A stretch of DNA of 30,706 nt from Candidatus Peribacteria bacterium (GCA_041691135.1 JBEPVF010000015.1:1-30706); one strand, 5' to 3'; shown: positions 19,987-29,617, counted from the stretch's first letter. Made by a program: numbers and translations. Notes: generated by a model from the sequence alone, not told the origin.

Positions 19987-20560
19987 TACCGTGTTGTCTT
20001 AGTTCCAGCTGGCGCACGATCTGCTCGGCAATCTCGGCGGGCCGGCCGCCGACATCGACCGAGACCGGATGCTCATCCGGCGTCGGCTCCTGCAACGTCG
20101 CGAACTGGCTGTCGAGCAGCGCCACCGGCATGAAATGCTCGTGCCGCGCTGCCATGCGCCGACGGATAAGATCGTGTGACCCCTTGAGGTAGACCAATGT
20201 CACATCCGGCCGGTCGCCGATGATGATGTCCCGATAGGAACGCTTCAGAGCCGAGCAGGTCATCACGCCGGATTCTCCGCGCGCACGCCAACCGTCGATC
20301 TCCTCGGCGATCTTTTGCAGCCACGGCCACCGGTCATCATCCGTCAGCGGTGTGCCGCCGTGCATTTTCTCCACATTCGCGGCTGGATGCAGATCGTCTC
20401 CCTCCTGGAACTGGCACCCGAGCGCGGCCGCCAGCAATACTGCAACGGTTGTTTTGCCAGATCCGGAAACCCCCATGACAACGGCAACGACAGGCTTGGT
20501 TATGGTGTGCGCGAGCGCTGCGGACCATATGCGCTGGGGCGGGCGGTCAACCTTCATCAT
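19946..20560 (-). CDS. gntK: Gluconokinase (GntK/IdnK type)
   Basis: MGVSGSGKTT, EGDDLHPAANVEKM..G.PLTDDDRWPWL, CSALKRSYRD, HFMP..LLDSQFATL. Confidence 0.92.
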   Translation of the reverse strand: MMKVDRPPQRIWSAALAHTITKPVVAVVMGVSGSGKTTVAVLLAAALGCQFQEGDDLHPAANVEKMHGGTPLTDDDRWPWLQKIAEEIDGWRARGESGVMTCSALKRSYRDIIIGDRPDVTLVYLKGSHDLIRRRMAARHEHFMPVALLDSQFATLQEPTPDEHPVSVDVGGRPAEIAEQIVRQLELRQHGNGRKESKSGGTTS

Positions 20561-20615
20561 ACTTCCCTCTCTGGCGGCGCTGACATTAGCCACGCAGACC
20601 GCGTGACTACCTGGT

Positions 20616-21452
20616 TCAGGAGTTGACCGAGCGCAGGACAAACTTTCGTATCGCTTTGGCAAACCCTTCGTCCTCGTTGGTGTCGGTGACCGCGCTCGCC
20701 TGCGCCTTCACGTCGCCGCTGGAGTCCCCCATGGCGATGGAAAAGCCGCTCTTTTTGAACATGAGAATGTCATTTGGCATGTCCCCGATCGTGGCGATCT
20801 GGTTGGGCGGAATGCTCAAAACCTTTGAAAGGTAGGCCACGACCGTTCCCTTGTTGGCTCGCGGATGGGTCACGTCGAGATAGTAAGGCTGCGAGCGCGC
20901 CGCACTTGCGTTGCCGCCGAGTTCGCTCTGAGCCAGCTTCTCGCAGGCGGCGACCCGGTCAAGATCGTCAGAAACCCCGACGATCTTCACCGCATGCGCC
21001 AGGTCTACGTCCTTAAAGGACGTCACGACCCTGGCATCGAACTTTACCGTCCAGGTCTCCCGGGCCACATGCGGCGCATTCGGGTCGCGGATCAGCCGCT
21101 CCGCTTCTGTATAAATCCATGCGTCTAGCCCCTGATCAAGGATTAAGTTCAGAGTCTGCTTTGCTGCGACGGGATCGAGCGTGTGGCTCTCGATGACAGA
21201 GAAGCCAGGTTTGACAAAGACGCCGCCGTTGAAGCCGGCGATAGGGGTCCGCAGAGCCAACGGATCGATCAACATCGCCATACCTCGCGGCGGCCTGCCG
21301 CTGGTAATCGCAAACGCAACGCCCGCGGATCGAAGTTCGATTGCGGCCATCGCAGCCTGGGAGGTCAGCACCTTCTCTGACGTAAAAAGGGTGCCATCGA
21401 CATCGGCGAGAACGAGTGCGAATTTCGACGCGTCGCGAGCAGAGCCGGTCAT
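20616..21452 (-). CDS. Cof-type HAD-IIB phosphatase
   Basis: DVDGTL, TSGRP, SQPYYLDVTHPRANKG, IGDMPND, AMG. Confidence 0.9.
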   Translation of the reverse strand: MTGSARDASKFALVLADVDGTLFTSEKVLTSQAAMAAIELRSAGVAFAITSGRPPRGMAMLIDPLALRTPIAGFNGGVFVKPGFSVIESHTLDPVAAKQTLNLILDQGLDAWIYTEAERLIRDPNAPHVARETWTVKFDARVVTSFKDVDLAHAVKIVGVSDDLDRVAACEKLAQSELGGNASAARSQPYYLDVTHPRANKGTVVAYLSKVLSIPPNQIATIGDMPNDILMFKKSGFSIAMGDSSGDVKAQASAVTDTNEDEGFAKAIRKFVLRSVNS

Positions 21453-22324
21453 AGGCGGGCTCCTGCTTGCTCTGCCTTAGCCGGAGCGTTCGAGCGATGA
21501 CCACCGAGAATAAATCTCTCGATCGCATTGGCGAATCCATCATCACCGTTGCTATTCGTCACGAAATCGGCAGCCTGCCGCACCGCCGGTTTGGCGTTTC
21601 CCATGGCAATACTGAGACCGCTCCGCTCGAACATCGCAACGTCGTTGCCGCCGTCACCAATGACGGCGATCTCCGCAAGCGGAATGGCCAACAGTTTTGC
21701 GAACTCCGATAGCGCGACGCCCTTGTTCGCGAGCGGATGGGTGATGTCGAGATAATAAGCCTGTGAACGCACGACGGAAGCCTGCCCGGCGAGCAGGGCC
21801 GCGACATCGCATTCACAGCGTGCGAGAAGCGCGAAATCTCTGCTCACACCAACGATCTTCGCGGCCACATCGAGAGCAGATCCAAAGCGCTCGACGATTG
21901 TCGGCTGAAATCCCACCGTGCGCTCTTCAAGCGAGACATAGGGATCATCGGCGTGGCGTATCAGCCAGTCCTGACCGCTAAAAACCCATACCTGCGCGCC
22001 CTGTGCTGTGAGCAACTCGACCGCGCGCCGCGCGGTCTCGGGTGACAGTAAGCGTTCGCTAATGATTGCAAGATCTGGGGACGTCAGCACGCCGCCGTTG
22101 AATCCGATCACCGGCGTCGTGATTTGGAGCGACCCGAGCAGCATGAGCAGGCCGCGCGGCGGCCGGGCGCTGATAACGCCAAATATGATTCCGTTTGCCT
22201 GCAGTTTGGCAACCGCCGACCGGGCACGCTCCGTCAAAACCTTATCATCCATCACCAATGTGCCGTCTACATCCGAGACGACGGCCGCAATCTTGGTTGA
22301 AGGAATTCGGGTACACGTCGTCAT
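21449..22324 (-). CDS. Cof-type HAD-IIB phosphatase (tandem paralog)
   Basis: DVDGTL, SARP, SQAYYLDITHPLANKG, IGDGGND, AMGN. Confidence 0.9.
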   Translation of the reverse strand: MTTCTRIPSTKIAAVVSDVDGTLVMDDKVLTERARSAVAKLQANGIIFGVISARPPRGLLMLLGSLQITTPVIGFNGGVLTSPDLAIISERLLSPETARRAVELLTAQGAQVWVFSGQDWLIRHADDPYVSLEERTVGFQPTIVERFGSALDVAAKIVGVSRDFALLARCECDVAALLAGQASVVRSQAYYLDITHPLANKGVALSEFAKLLAIPLAEIAVIGDGGNDVAMFERSGLSIAMGNAKPAVRQAADFVTNSNGDDGFANAIERFILGGHRSNAPAKAEQAGARL

Positions 22325-23689
22325 GAAAACGTTCCAGCGTCAGTCCAATCGATGCTTCGCCAACGTCGGTTATCACTGGCCAAAAGCGGATCCGCTTGGC
22401 TTGGTCCCGAGCTTCCCGCGGGATAGGACGGCAGTTCCGTCGCGCGGTCGGCGGACCAAGCATCAAGAACCGGCTGCACGATACGCCAAGTCTGCTCCAC
22501 CATGTCGGCACGCATAAATAGAGTGGGATCGCCGATCATCACGTCATAGAGCAGCGTCTCGTATCCAACATTGGGCTTCTTCGGGAACCAGTCGTTGTAT
22601 CGGAAGTCCATTTTTACGGCAGCAAGATCAACCACTGGCCCGGGACGTTTGACCTCGAATTGCAGGGAAACCAACCAATTGGGCCGCAAGGAATCGACTG
22701 GCGTATCTTTGAATGACGCGTAAGGCGCCTGCTTAAAGCAGATCGCGATCTCCGTATTCCGCGCCGCTAAATGCTTGCCGGTTCGGATATAGAAAGGCAC
22801 TCCGGCCCATCGCCAGTTATCGATCTCAAGCGCCAAGGCAACGTAGGTTTCTACCTTGGAACCTGGTGCCACATCAGGCTCCTGACTATAGGCCGTCACT
22901 TTCTTGCCCAGCACCGTGCCGGCGCCGTACTGGCCGCACACTGCGCGTTCCGGCTTCACGGAAGGCATCGCGGCGAGCACTTCGACCTTCTTGTTGCGGA
23001 TAGCCGGGGCATCGAAACCCGTCGGCGGCTCCATGGCCACCATTGAAATCAGAGAAAACACATGGTTCGGGACCATGTCGCGCAGTGCCCCGGTCGACTC
23101 GTAAAACTTGCCGCGCTTCTCTACGCCGACAGTTTCAGCCACAGTGATCTGCACATGATCAATCCGATCACGATTCCATATCGGCTCGAACAACCCGTTG
23201 GCGAAACGGAAGGCCATGATGCTCTGGACCGTATCTTTCCCGAGAAAGTGGTCGATCCGGAAGATCTGGTCTTCGCCCAGCGTGCGCTTGATCAGTGTGT
23301 TCAGTTTGCGCGCTGAGTCCAGGCTATGGCCGAACGGCTTCTCGATCACGACGCGACGCCAGAACCTTCGTTTACCGTTCAGATCCTCGTTCTGATTTGC
23401 GAGCTTCGCCTCGCGTCGCCGCGTTGCCGACAAAACTTTTTAGCGCGTAATAAAGATGATTCCGCCAATTTTCGACGGTTCCCACCGATCGGGCCACGCC
23501 GATCAGCGCAAAATTTTCGGGCAGTACCTTCGTGCGTGCGAGATTATAGAGTGCCGGTATAACTAGGCGTTTGGTGAGGTCACCGGTTGCGCCGAAAATT
23601 ACCATGGCGCAGGGATCGGTTGGGTTGGGCTGGCGCCGCGATGCAGACTCGCTCACCTGCGGCGCCGGAAGGGAACGGTTGTCGGGCAT
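22321..23689 (-). pseudogene. zwf: Glucose-6-phosphate 1-dehydrogenase, disrupted
   Basis: The N-terminal GATGDL segment (23372..23689 ORF) is out of frame with VIEKPFG/RIDHFLGK (22321..23433 ORF): deletion plus frameshift at about 23415. A second small in-frame deletion is likely at about 22669 (PNWLV|SLQFE lacks the usual I.PDEG segment). Confidence 0.9.
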
Positions 23690-23692
23690 GTA

Positions 23693-24739
23693 CTACTCCG
23701 CAGCGTCCTGCACGGATCCTTGCCCTTGCGATTCCTTGGCACCTGGCTCGGGATCAATGGGCTCCTTGCCTTCGATGTGACCACCGAAGCCGAAGCGCAT
23801 GGCCGAGAGCATCTTCTCGCCGAAGGTGTGCTCTTGCCGCGAGCGAAAACGGGCATAGAGCGCAGTCGTAAGCACGTCCGCCGGGACCGCTTCCTCGATC
23901 GCGGCCTGCACGGTCCAACGGCCTTCGCCGGAATCCTGCACGAAGCCAGAGAACTTCTTCAACTGCGGATCCTTCGCCAGCGCGGCGGCGCCGAGATCGA
24001 GCAGCCAGGATGAGATGACGCTGCCGCGCCGCCAAACCTCGGCGATATCAGGCAGTTTCAACACGAACCGCTCATCCTCAAGCAGATCCGTCGAATCCTT
24101 GTGACGCAGGATGTCAAAGCCCTCGGCGTAGGCTTGCATCATTCCGTATTCGATGCCGTTGTGCACCATCTTGACGAAGTGCCCGGCACCTGAAGGACCG
24201 GCGTGAATGTAGCCGCGCTCGGGACGCGAGTCACCTTTCTCGCGATCCGGAGTGCGCGGAATATCACCCAGCCCCGGCGCCAGCCCCGAAAAGACCGGAT
24301 CGAGGTAGTCCACCGCTTGCTTCGGGCCCCCAATCATCATGCAATAGCCGCGCTCAATGCCCCAGACGCCGCCAGACGTACCGCAATCGACGTAGCGAAT
24401 ACCTTTCAACGCCAATTTTTTGGCGTTGCGGATGTCGTCCTTATAAAAGGAGTTGCCACCATCGATGATGATGTCATCCCGCTCCAGAAGCCCACCGAGT
24501 TGCTCGACCATCTCTTCCGTGACCTTGCCCGCAGGCAACATCAGCCAGATGGCGCGTGGCTTTTGCTCAAGCTTTTTCACCAAATCCGGTATCGACGTTG
24601 CCGCTGTGGCGCCGTCCTTCGCCAGCGCTTCGCGGGTCTTGGCGGTTCGGGCGTAAACCACGCACTGATGTCCTGCCTTCATCAGCCGGCGAGACATGTT
24701 GCCGCCCATTTTACCGAGTCCGATCATACCGATTTGCAT
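23693..24739 (-). CDS. gnd: 6-phosphogluconate dehydrogenase, decarboxylating (short, YqeC-type)
   Basis: AAGGAG RBS; [58 protein letters not shown]. Confidence 0.95.
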   Translation of the reverse strand: MQIGMIGLGKMGGNMSRRLMKAGHQCVVYARTAKTREALAKDGATAATSIPDLVKKLEQKPRAIWLMLPAGKVTEEMVEQLGGLLERDDIIIDGGNSFYKDDIRNAKKLALKGIRYVDCGTSGGVWGIERGYCMMIGGPKQAVDYLDPVFSGLAPGLGDIPRTPDREKGDSRPERGYIHAGPSGAGHFVKMVHNGIEYGMMQAYAEGFDILRHKDSTDLLEDERFVLKLPDIAEVWRRGSVISSWLLDLGAAALAKDPQLKKFSGFVQDSGEGRWTVQAAIEEAVPADVLTTALYARFRSRQEHTFGEKMLSAMRFGFGGHIEGKEPIDPEPGAKESQGQGSVQDAAE

Positions 24740-24931
24740 GTGCTTCTCTCCTTGAGACCGTTCCCATGTCGCGCCACTTCGGCATCGATCGCTCAAGTCG
24801 GCTTGGACAACCCGGTTTTGATTCAAATCGCATGTCGAACGCTTCATATCCGTCGAAAGAACGCGCGCGCCATCGCACTCAGCGTATTCGACTGCCAAGA
24901 TGGTTAGCTGCAACGGGTCCGCCAATGTAGA

Positions 24932-24947
24932 CTCGGAAACTACTCAG
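24932..24947 (-). promoter_or_regulatory. FixJ-like box copy 5 (upstream of the gnd operon)
   Basis: CTGAGTAGTTTCCGAG; gcTAACCA 25 bp downstream (24901-24906). Confidence 0.75.
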
Positions 24948-25271
24948 GGCCGGTCCGATATCGTGGCTGACCCATTTCCCGTTCGCTCGATGAGCGCAAA
25001 TGACGAAGCGTGCTTCGGGGAGAGTTGAGACGGCTTCACTCATGCAGGTACGACAAAGGGCGATTTTGTCGCGAATGGAAAGCGGGCATCGAAACGACAA
25101 CACCTGTCCCGACTGGAAATATCCGCAACGAACTCGTCAATCAGCACGACGCAGTGCATCGGAGTCCCTGAGAGCTTCGCCGAGCCGCTGGTAGACATCA
25201 AGCGAACCGCGCTCGTCGATTACCGATAGCACATTCGGTACTGAGCGCCGCGCGCTACCAGTCCTCACCGA

Positions 25272-25287
25272 CTAGGTAGTTTCCGAG
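25272..25287 (+). promoter_or_regulatory. FixJ-like box copy 6 (upstream of MFS-ldhA)
   Basis: CTAGGTAGTTTCCGAG; CATTGT 26 bp downstream (25314-25319). Confidence 0.72.
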
Positions 25288-25396
25288 CCTTCCGCCGTCC
25301 GATCACTGCTGCGCATTGTCGATTCTGCCGGAAAATATGTGATCCGAGAACTGCGCTTATTCGATCGCATGCCGCTTAAACCCTTAAGGATTTCAG

Positions 25397-26734
25397 ATGG
25401 GACGCTCCCTCGTTAATGCGGATACTTCGAAGAAGAGTCCAGATGCTTCAGCGGCGCGCGACTTAAAGCCACTCTTTTTCCTGGCTTGGCTCCTATGTGC
25501 GATTTTCTATTTTTTCCAATATGCCGTCCGCTCGGCACCGGGAATTATGCAAGAGGAGTTGACCGCGGCTTGGGGCGGCAATCATATCGGCGCAATGATA
25601 TCGGCATACTATGTTGCTTATGCAGTAATGGCGCTGGTCGCGGGCGTGCTGCTCGACCGCTACGGCGCACGCCGAACCATTCCCGGCGGGATTGTGTTGG
25701 TTGGGATTGGTTGTCTAATCTTTGCGCAAGGCAGCGAGGCTGCTGGGATGATTGGGTTTGTTCTTCAGGCAATCGGCGCCATCTTTGCCTTCATCGGATC
25801 CTCTTACGTCGCCGCCCGCTACCTGCCAGCTCGCATGCTGGCCTTTTTCATCGGGCTCACACAATGTCTCGGTATGGCAGGCGCCGCGTTCGGGTCGAAG
25901 CCTGTTCATATGGCGATCGATCCTGCCGGCAGCTTTCAAATTTCCTGGCAATATGTCTGGATTACTTTTGCAGGCGCCGGCTTCGTATTGGCGGCGGCTA
26001 CCTGGCTTATCATGCCGAAGGAGAACGGCGACAGCCCCAGCCATCATGGCGCACTGTCGGTCGCCAGTCTTCTGCACCCGTTCAAGATCGTGTTCAGCAA
26101 TATCCAAAGTTGGCTCGCTGGGATCGTTGGCGGTCTCCTGTTCCTGCCTACGACTATTGGAGCGCTGGTGTGGGCAACGTCCTTTCTCCACGCGGGCCAA
26201 CATATGTCGATGGCAGCGGCCGCCTCGGACGCTTCTATGGTGCCGATCGGCTGGGTCATCGGGTGTCCGCTGCTCGGCTATCTCTCTGACAAGATCGGTC
26301 GCCGCAAACCAGTGCTGATCGGCGGCGCGCTGATTATGTTAGCAGCTGGATTGACCGCCATCTACGTTCCAGTGGGTGTTTTGCCGCGCTATTCGGTGGC
26401 GCTGCTTCTAGGTATAGCGTCCGGCGCAGCGATGATTCCCTTTTCCATGATGAAGGAAACCAATCCATCCCAGGTCAAAGGCACTGCCGCGGGGGTGATG
26501 AATTTCCTTGTTTTCGTAACCACCGGAATAATGTCGCCGTTCATTTCACGTCTCATGTTACCCAGTCAGGATGCGCCACTATCCTTAATCGGATTCCAAC
26601 AGGCATTTCTACCACTTGTTGGCGGGGTCGTGGTCGCCATCATTCTCAGCTTTTTTCTTCACGAAACCGGCCTGGGACACCAGACGTCGCTTTCGCAGGA
26701 CAATTTGACAGTGCCCAAGGTGGCTATTCCTTGA
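25397..26734 (+). CDS. MFS transporter
   Basis: AAGGA RBS; motif A GVLLDRYGARR and GYLSDKIGRRK; about 12 TM segments. Confidence 0.9.
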   Translation: MGRSLVNADTSKKSPDASAARDLKPLFFLAWLLCAIFYFFQYAVRSAPGIMQEELTAAWGGNHIGAMISAYYVAYAVMALVAGVLLDRYGARRTIPGGIVLVGIGCLIFAQGSEAAGMIGFVLQAIGAIFAFIGSSYVAARYLPARMLAFFIGLTQCLGMAGAAFGSKPVHMAIDPAGSFQISWQYVWITFAGAGFVLAAATWLIMPKENGDSPSHHGALSVASLLHPFKIVFSNIQSWLAGIVGGLLFLPTTIGALVWATSFLHAGQHMSMAAAASDASMVPIGWVIGCPLLGYLSDKIGRRKPVLIGGALIMLAAGLTAIYVPVGVLPRYSVALLLGIASGAAMIPFSMMKETNPSQVKGTAAGVMNFLVFVTTGIMSPFISRLMLPSQDAPLSLIGFQQAFLPLVGGVVVAIILSFFLHETGLGHQTSLSQDNLTVPKVAIP

Positions 26735-26861
26735 TGGCCTTCTGTTAACGGAGCGCGACCGCGCGGCGAGCTCAATCCTGATACGCCAGCCACAGACCTT
26801 ACACTTACCCGTGGATCGCGATTAATCTTCATTCAATACCCCCACAGTAAAGGACAACTCC

Positions 26862-27848
26862 ATGGATGTGGCAGTCTTTAGTACTAAACCCTACGACCGG
26901 CAATTTATGGAACCTGCTGCCGCAGACCGCCATCACCTCATCTACATCGAGTCCCGCTTGACGCCGGCCACCGCTGTTTTGGCGCGCGGCACGCGAGCGG
27001 TCTGCGTGTTTGTGAACGATCAGGTGAACGATGCCGTTCTTGATGAATTCAAGCACATCGGCATCGGCCTGGTCGCTCTGCGTTCGGCTGGATTTAATAA
27101 CGTCGACCTCGCGGCAGCGAAGCGTCGGGGCATTACGGTTGCCCGCGTGCCTGCGTATTCGCCGGAAGCGGTTTCGGAACATGCTGTCGCTCTTATCCTG
27201 TCATTGGATCGCAACATCCACCGAGCCTACGCTCGCGTTCGCGAAGGAAACTTTGCACTCGAAGGGTTGCTGGGATTCAATCTTCACGGCCGAACGATAG
27301 GCGTCGTTGGCACCGGTCGGATTGGCGCAGGCGTCGCACGCATCATGACGGGCTTCGGTTGCAAGATCGTGGCTTACGATCCCAAACCGGATCCCACGTG
27401 TCAGGCTATGGGCATAAGTTATTTGCCGTTTCAAGAGTTAATCGCCACATCGGATGTTGTGACACTGCACTGTCCACTTACACCAAAGACGAGGCACATG
27501 ATCGATGCTACGGCGATCGAAAACATGAAGCGGGGCATGATGCTGATTAATACCAGCCGTGGCGGCATCGTTGATACGCACGCCGTTATAGAGGGATTAA
27601 AGAACGGTGTGATTGGTCATCTCGGCCTCGACGTATACGAAGAGGAGGCTGACCTTTTCTTTGAAAATATGTCCGATCAAGTGATCCAGGACGATACATT
27701 TGAACGCCTTCTTATGTTTTCGAATGTTCTGGTCACGGGGCATCAGGCCTTTTTCACAAAGGAAGCATTGACTGCGATCGCCGAAACGACGATCGCTAAT
27801 ATCGCGTCTTTTGAGAAGACTGGGCGAGCTCTTCATGAGGTCACCTGA
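26862..27848 (+). CDS. ldhA: Fermentative D-lactate dehydrogenase (D-2-hydroxyacid dehydrogenase)
   Basis: [60 protein letters not shown]. Confidence 0.9.
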   Translation: MDVAVFSTKPYDRQFMEPAAADRHHLIYIESRLTPATAVLARGTRAVCVFVNDQVNDAVLDEFKHIGIGLVALRSAGFNNVDLAAAKRRGITVARVPAYSPEAVSEHAVALILSLDRNIHRAYARVREGNFALEGLLGFNLHGRTIGVVGTGRIGAGVARIMTGFGCKIVAYDPKPDPTCQAMGISYLPFQELIATSDVVTLHCPLTPKTRHMIDATAIENMKRGMMLINTSRGGIVDTHAVIEGLKNGVIGHLGLDVYEEEADLFFENMSDQVIQDDTFERLLMFSNVLVTGHQAFFTKEALTAIAETTIANIASFEKTGRALHEVT

Positions 27849-28056
27849 CAATTCCGCATCTGCGGCAACTCCCTCTCTCTCCGCTATGCGTAATCTCTTC
27901 CAACACACTTCTGCTGGAGCCATCCTGACCGCGTGAGCCACGCGCGCCGCAATTCAACAATCCACTAGGGCACGTCCGCTTTACGAGCGATGTCTTACCC
28001 CGATTGCTGAAGGCAATGGTTATATCCGTAAGCGCCACAGTGATGCTATCCAATTT

Positions 28057-28413
28057 TCAGCCGGCCTCTAAAGCTTGCTGAATAGCCCGGACCAGTTCCG
28101 ATTCGCGAAAAGGCTTCTCGATCGCCACTGAACCCGGCTTCCGAGCCAAAACCTTTTTGATGTTGCCGCTAACGAAGAGGTGCGGAATGAAGCCGGTGCT
28201 GAGGATTTCATTGATCGCCGCGACGCCATTTCCATCCCTTAATTGCCCATCGACGATGATCAGGTCTGGCTGACATCGGCGCGCGGCCAATACGGCGCCG
28301 CTTTCCGTCGTCTCCACACTGCAAACCGCATGGCCCAATTCCATGAGTGTGTCTGCGAGAAGCATGGCTATGAGAGAATCATCTTCTACCACGAGTATCT
28401 GCAGCGCTTTCAT
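28057..28413 (-). CDS. Single-domain response regulator (receiver only)
   Basis: ILVVEDD, PDLIIVD (phospho-Asp), FVSG, KPF; 118 aa from ATG 28413. Confidence 0.88.
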   Translation of the reverse strand: MKALQILVVEDDSLIAMLLADTLMELGHAVCSVETTESGAVLAARRCQPDLIIVDGQLRDGNGVAAINEILSTGFIPHLFVSGNIKKVLARKPGSVAIEKPFRESELVRAIQQALEAG

Positions 28414-28598
28414 TGGTTTGCTTCCCCTCCCGCGCCACCTTCGTTCACCCAGGCTTCGATCCGATTGTGAAGCTCCAACGCTGCATCCGCAGGTGAGGCA
28501 GCACGAACTGTGTTGAGCAAGAGCGTTCGCATCGCTCTGGTCTGTCCAGTTTGTCGTGAAATGAGGTCGAAAAAGACGCTGGTCTTCGTGCTGTGCAT
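28410..28598 (-). CDS. Small hypothetical protein (62 aa), translationally coupled to the response regulator
   Basis: Its stop overlaps the regulator's ATG (ATGA); ends RIEAWVNEGGAGGEANQ. Start uncertain. Confidence 0.5.
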   Translation of the reverse strand: MHSTKTSVFFDLISRQTGQTRAMRTLLLNTVRAASPADAALELHNRIEAWVNEGGAGGEANQ

Positions 28599-28742
28599 AA
28601 GCTGACCCCAAGGCGCGGCCCTAACAGTTTCCGATTCCGGTTAGCCGCTGCGGGCCATGCGCTAAAGCACGCCACTACGCGGCGTGTGATGGAAAGGACT
28701 CGTGACCCCAATCATAGCGAAGTTAAGACAGCAATGAGCAGG

Positions 28743-28758
28743 CTCGGAAACTACTCAG
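28743..28758 (-). promoter_or_regulatory. FixJ-like box copy 7 (upstream of small ORF and response regulator)
   Basis: CTGAGTAGTTTCCGAG; gcTATGAT 26 bp downstream (28711-28716). Confidence 0.78.
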
Positions 28759-28858
28759 GCGCCGCGATCAAAGTTGCCGGTTGCTCTCGTTCTGAACGAT
28801 GCGGCGTGCCCGGGCGGCAGACATGCTGCCAATCAACCTGGACGATGCTTAACCAGGA

Positions 28859-28874
28859 TTGAGTAGTTTCCGAG
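28859..28874 (+). promoter_or_regulatory. FixJ-like box copy 8 (upstream of membrane stress protein and H+-ATPase)
   Basis: TTGAGTAGTTTCCGAG; gcTAACGT 26 bp downstream (28901-28906). Confidence 0.75.
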
Positions 28875-29012
28875 TCTACCTTGTAAAGTCCGCTTTCGGC
28901 TAACGTTCCATAGCAGGCAAATCTCCGAACGCGATCCTACTCCGGTAGCCACTCGGCTTGCCGTCCCTGTTCCCTGTTCGCCAAATATCGCCTTGGCCAG
29001 AAAGAGCACAAA

Positions 29013-29564
29013 ATGAAATCTCTTGACTCAGTCATAGCCGTCTTCGCTGACCATCCCGCGGCGGAAGCAGCAGTGAAAAAACTGAACGCGGCCGGCTTCG
29101 AGATGAACAACCTCAGCGTCGTCGGCAAGGGATATCACACCGACGAAAAAGTCGTGGGCTTTTACAATACCGGTGATCGAGTCAAGTTCTGGGGCACGCG
29201 CGGTGCATTCTGGGGCGGATTTTGGGGATTGTTCTTTGGCGGCCTGTTCATGGCTATTCCCTTCGTAGGGCACGTCGTCGTGCTCGGATATCTCGCGACC
29301 ATCGCGATCGCCGGCCTCGAGAATGCCGTCATTGTTGGCGGGCTCAGCGCGCTTGGCGCGGCCTTGTATAGCATCGGCGTGCCGAAGGACAGCGTGATCC
29401 AATACGAGACCGCCGTAAAGGCTGACGGGTTTCTGGTGATGGCGCACGGTTCGACGGAAGAAATGGCACGCGCAAAGACGGTCCTCGCAGAGGCAAAGCC
29501 GTCGCAACTCGACGTGGTCGCAGGTGTCAAGGCACCAGCGCCTCTTGTTGCTGCAGGCGGTTGA
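29013..29564 (+). CDS. Membrane protein of general stress protein 17M / DUF1269-like type
   Basis: AEAAVKKL...LSVVGKGYHTDEKVVGFYNTGDRVKFWGTRGAFWGGFWGLFFG...GLSALGAALYSIGVPKDSVIQYE; Gly-rich TM hairpin. Confidence 0.75.
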   Translation: MKSLDSVIAVFADHPAAEAAVKKLNAAGFEMNNLSVVGKGYHTDEKVVGFYNTGDRVKFWGTRGAFWGGFWGLFFGGLFMAIPFVGHVVVLGYLATIAIAGLENAVIVGGLSALGAALYSIGVPKDSVIQYETAVKADGFLVMAHGSTEEMARAKTVLAEAKPSQLDVVAGVKAPAPLVAAGG

Positions 29565-29575
29565 TTTTCGGTCCT

Positions 29576-29617
29576 GCCAACAATCCGCCGCGGCCCACAT
29601 CGCGGTGGATTGTTGGC
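29576..29617 (+). other. Intercistronic 18-bp RNA stem-loop
   Basis: GCCAACAATCCGCCGCGG-cccaca-TCGCGGTGGATTGTTGGC with two G-U pairs; no U-tract. Confidence 0.65.

Noticed and set aside
24740-24925. N-terminal extension of gnd in the ORF track
   Set aside because: Similarity and a strong RBS start at 24739; the extension overlaps the predicted promoter.
28414-28611. N-terminal extension of the response regulator to 184 aa
   Set aside because: The receiver fold begins at ATG 28413, which is coupled to the stop of the upstream small ORF.
5977-28874. The 8-copy motif as CRISPR repeats, MITE/IS terminal inverted repeats or recombination sites
   Set aside because: Copies are dispersed. Paired copies enclose unrelated sequence of different lengths (~100, ~200 and ~325 bp), and I saw no target duplications. 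The fixed distance to a -10-like hexamer fits a promoter better.
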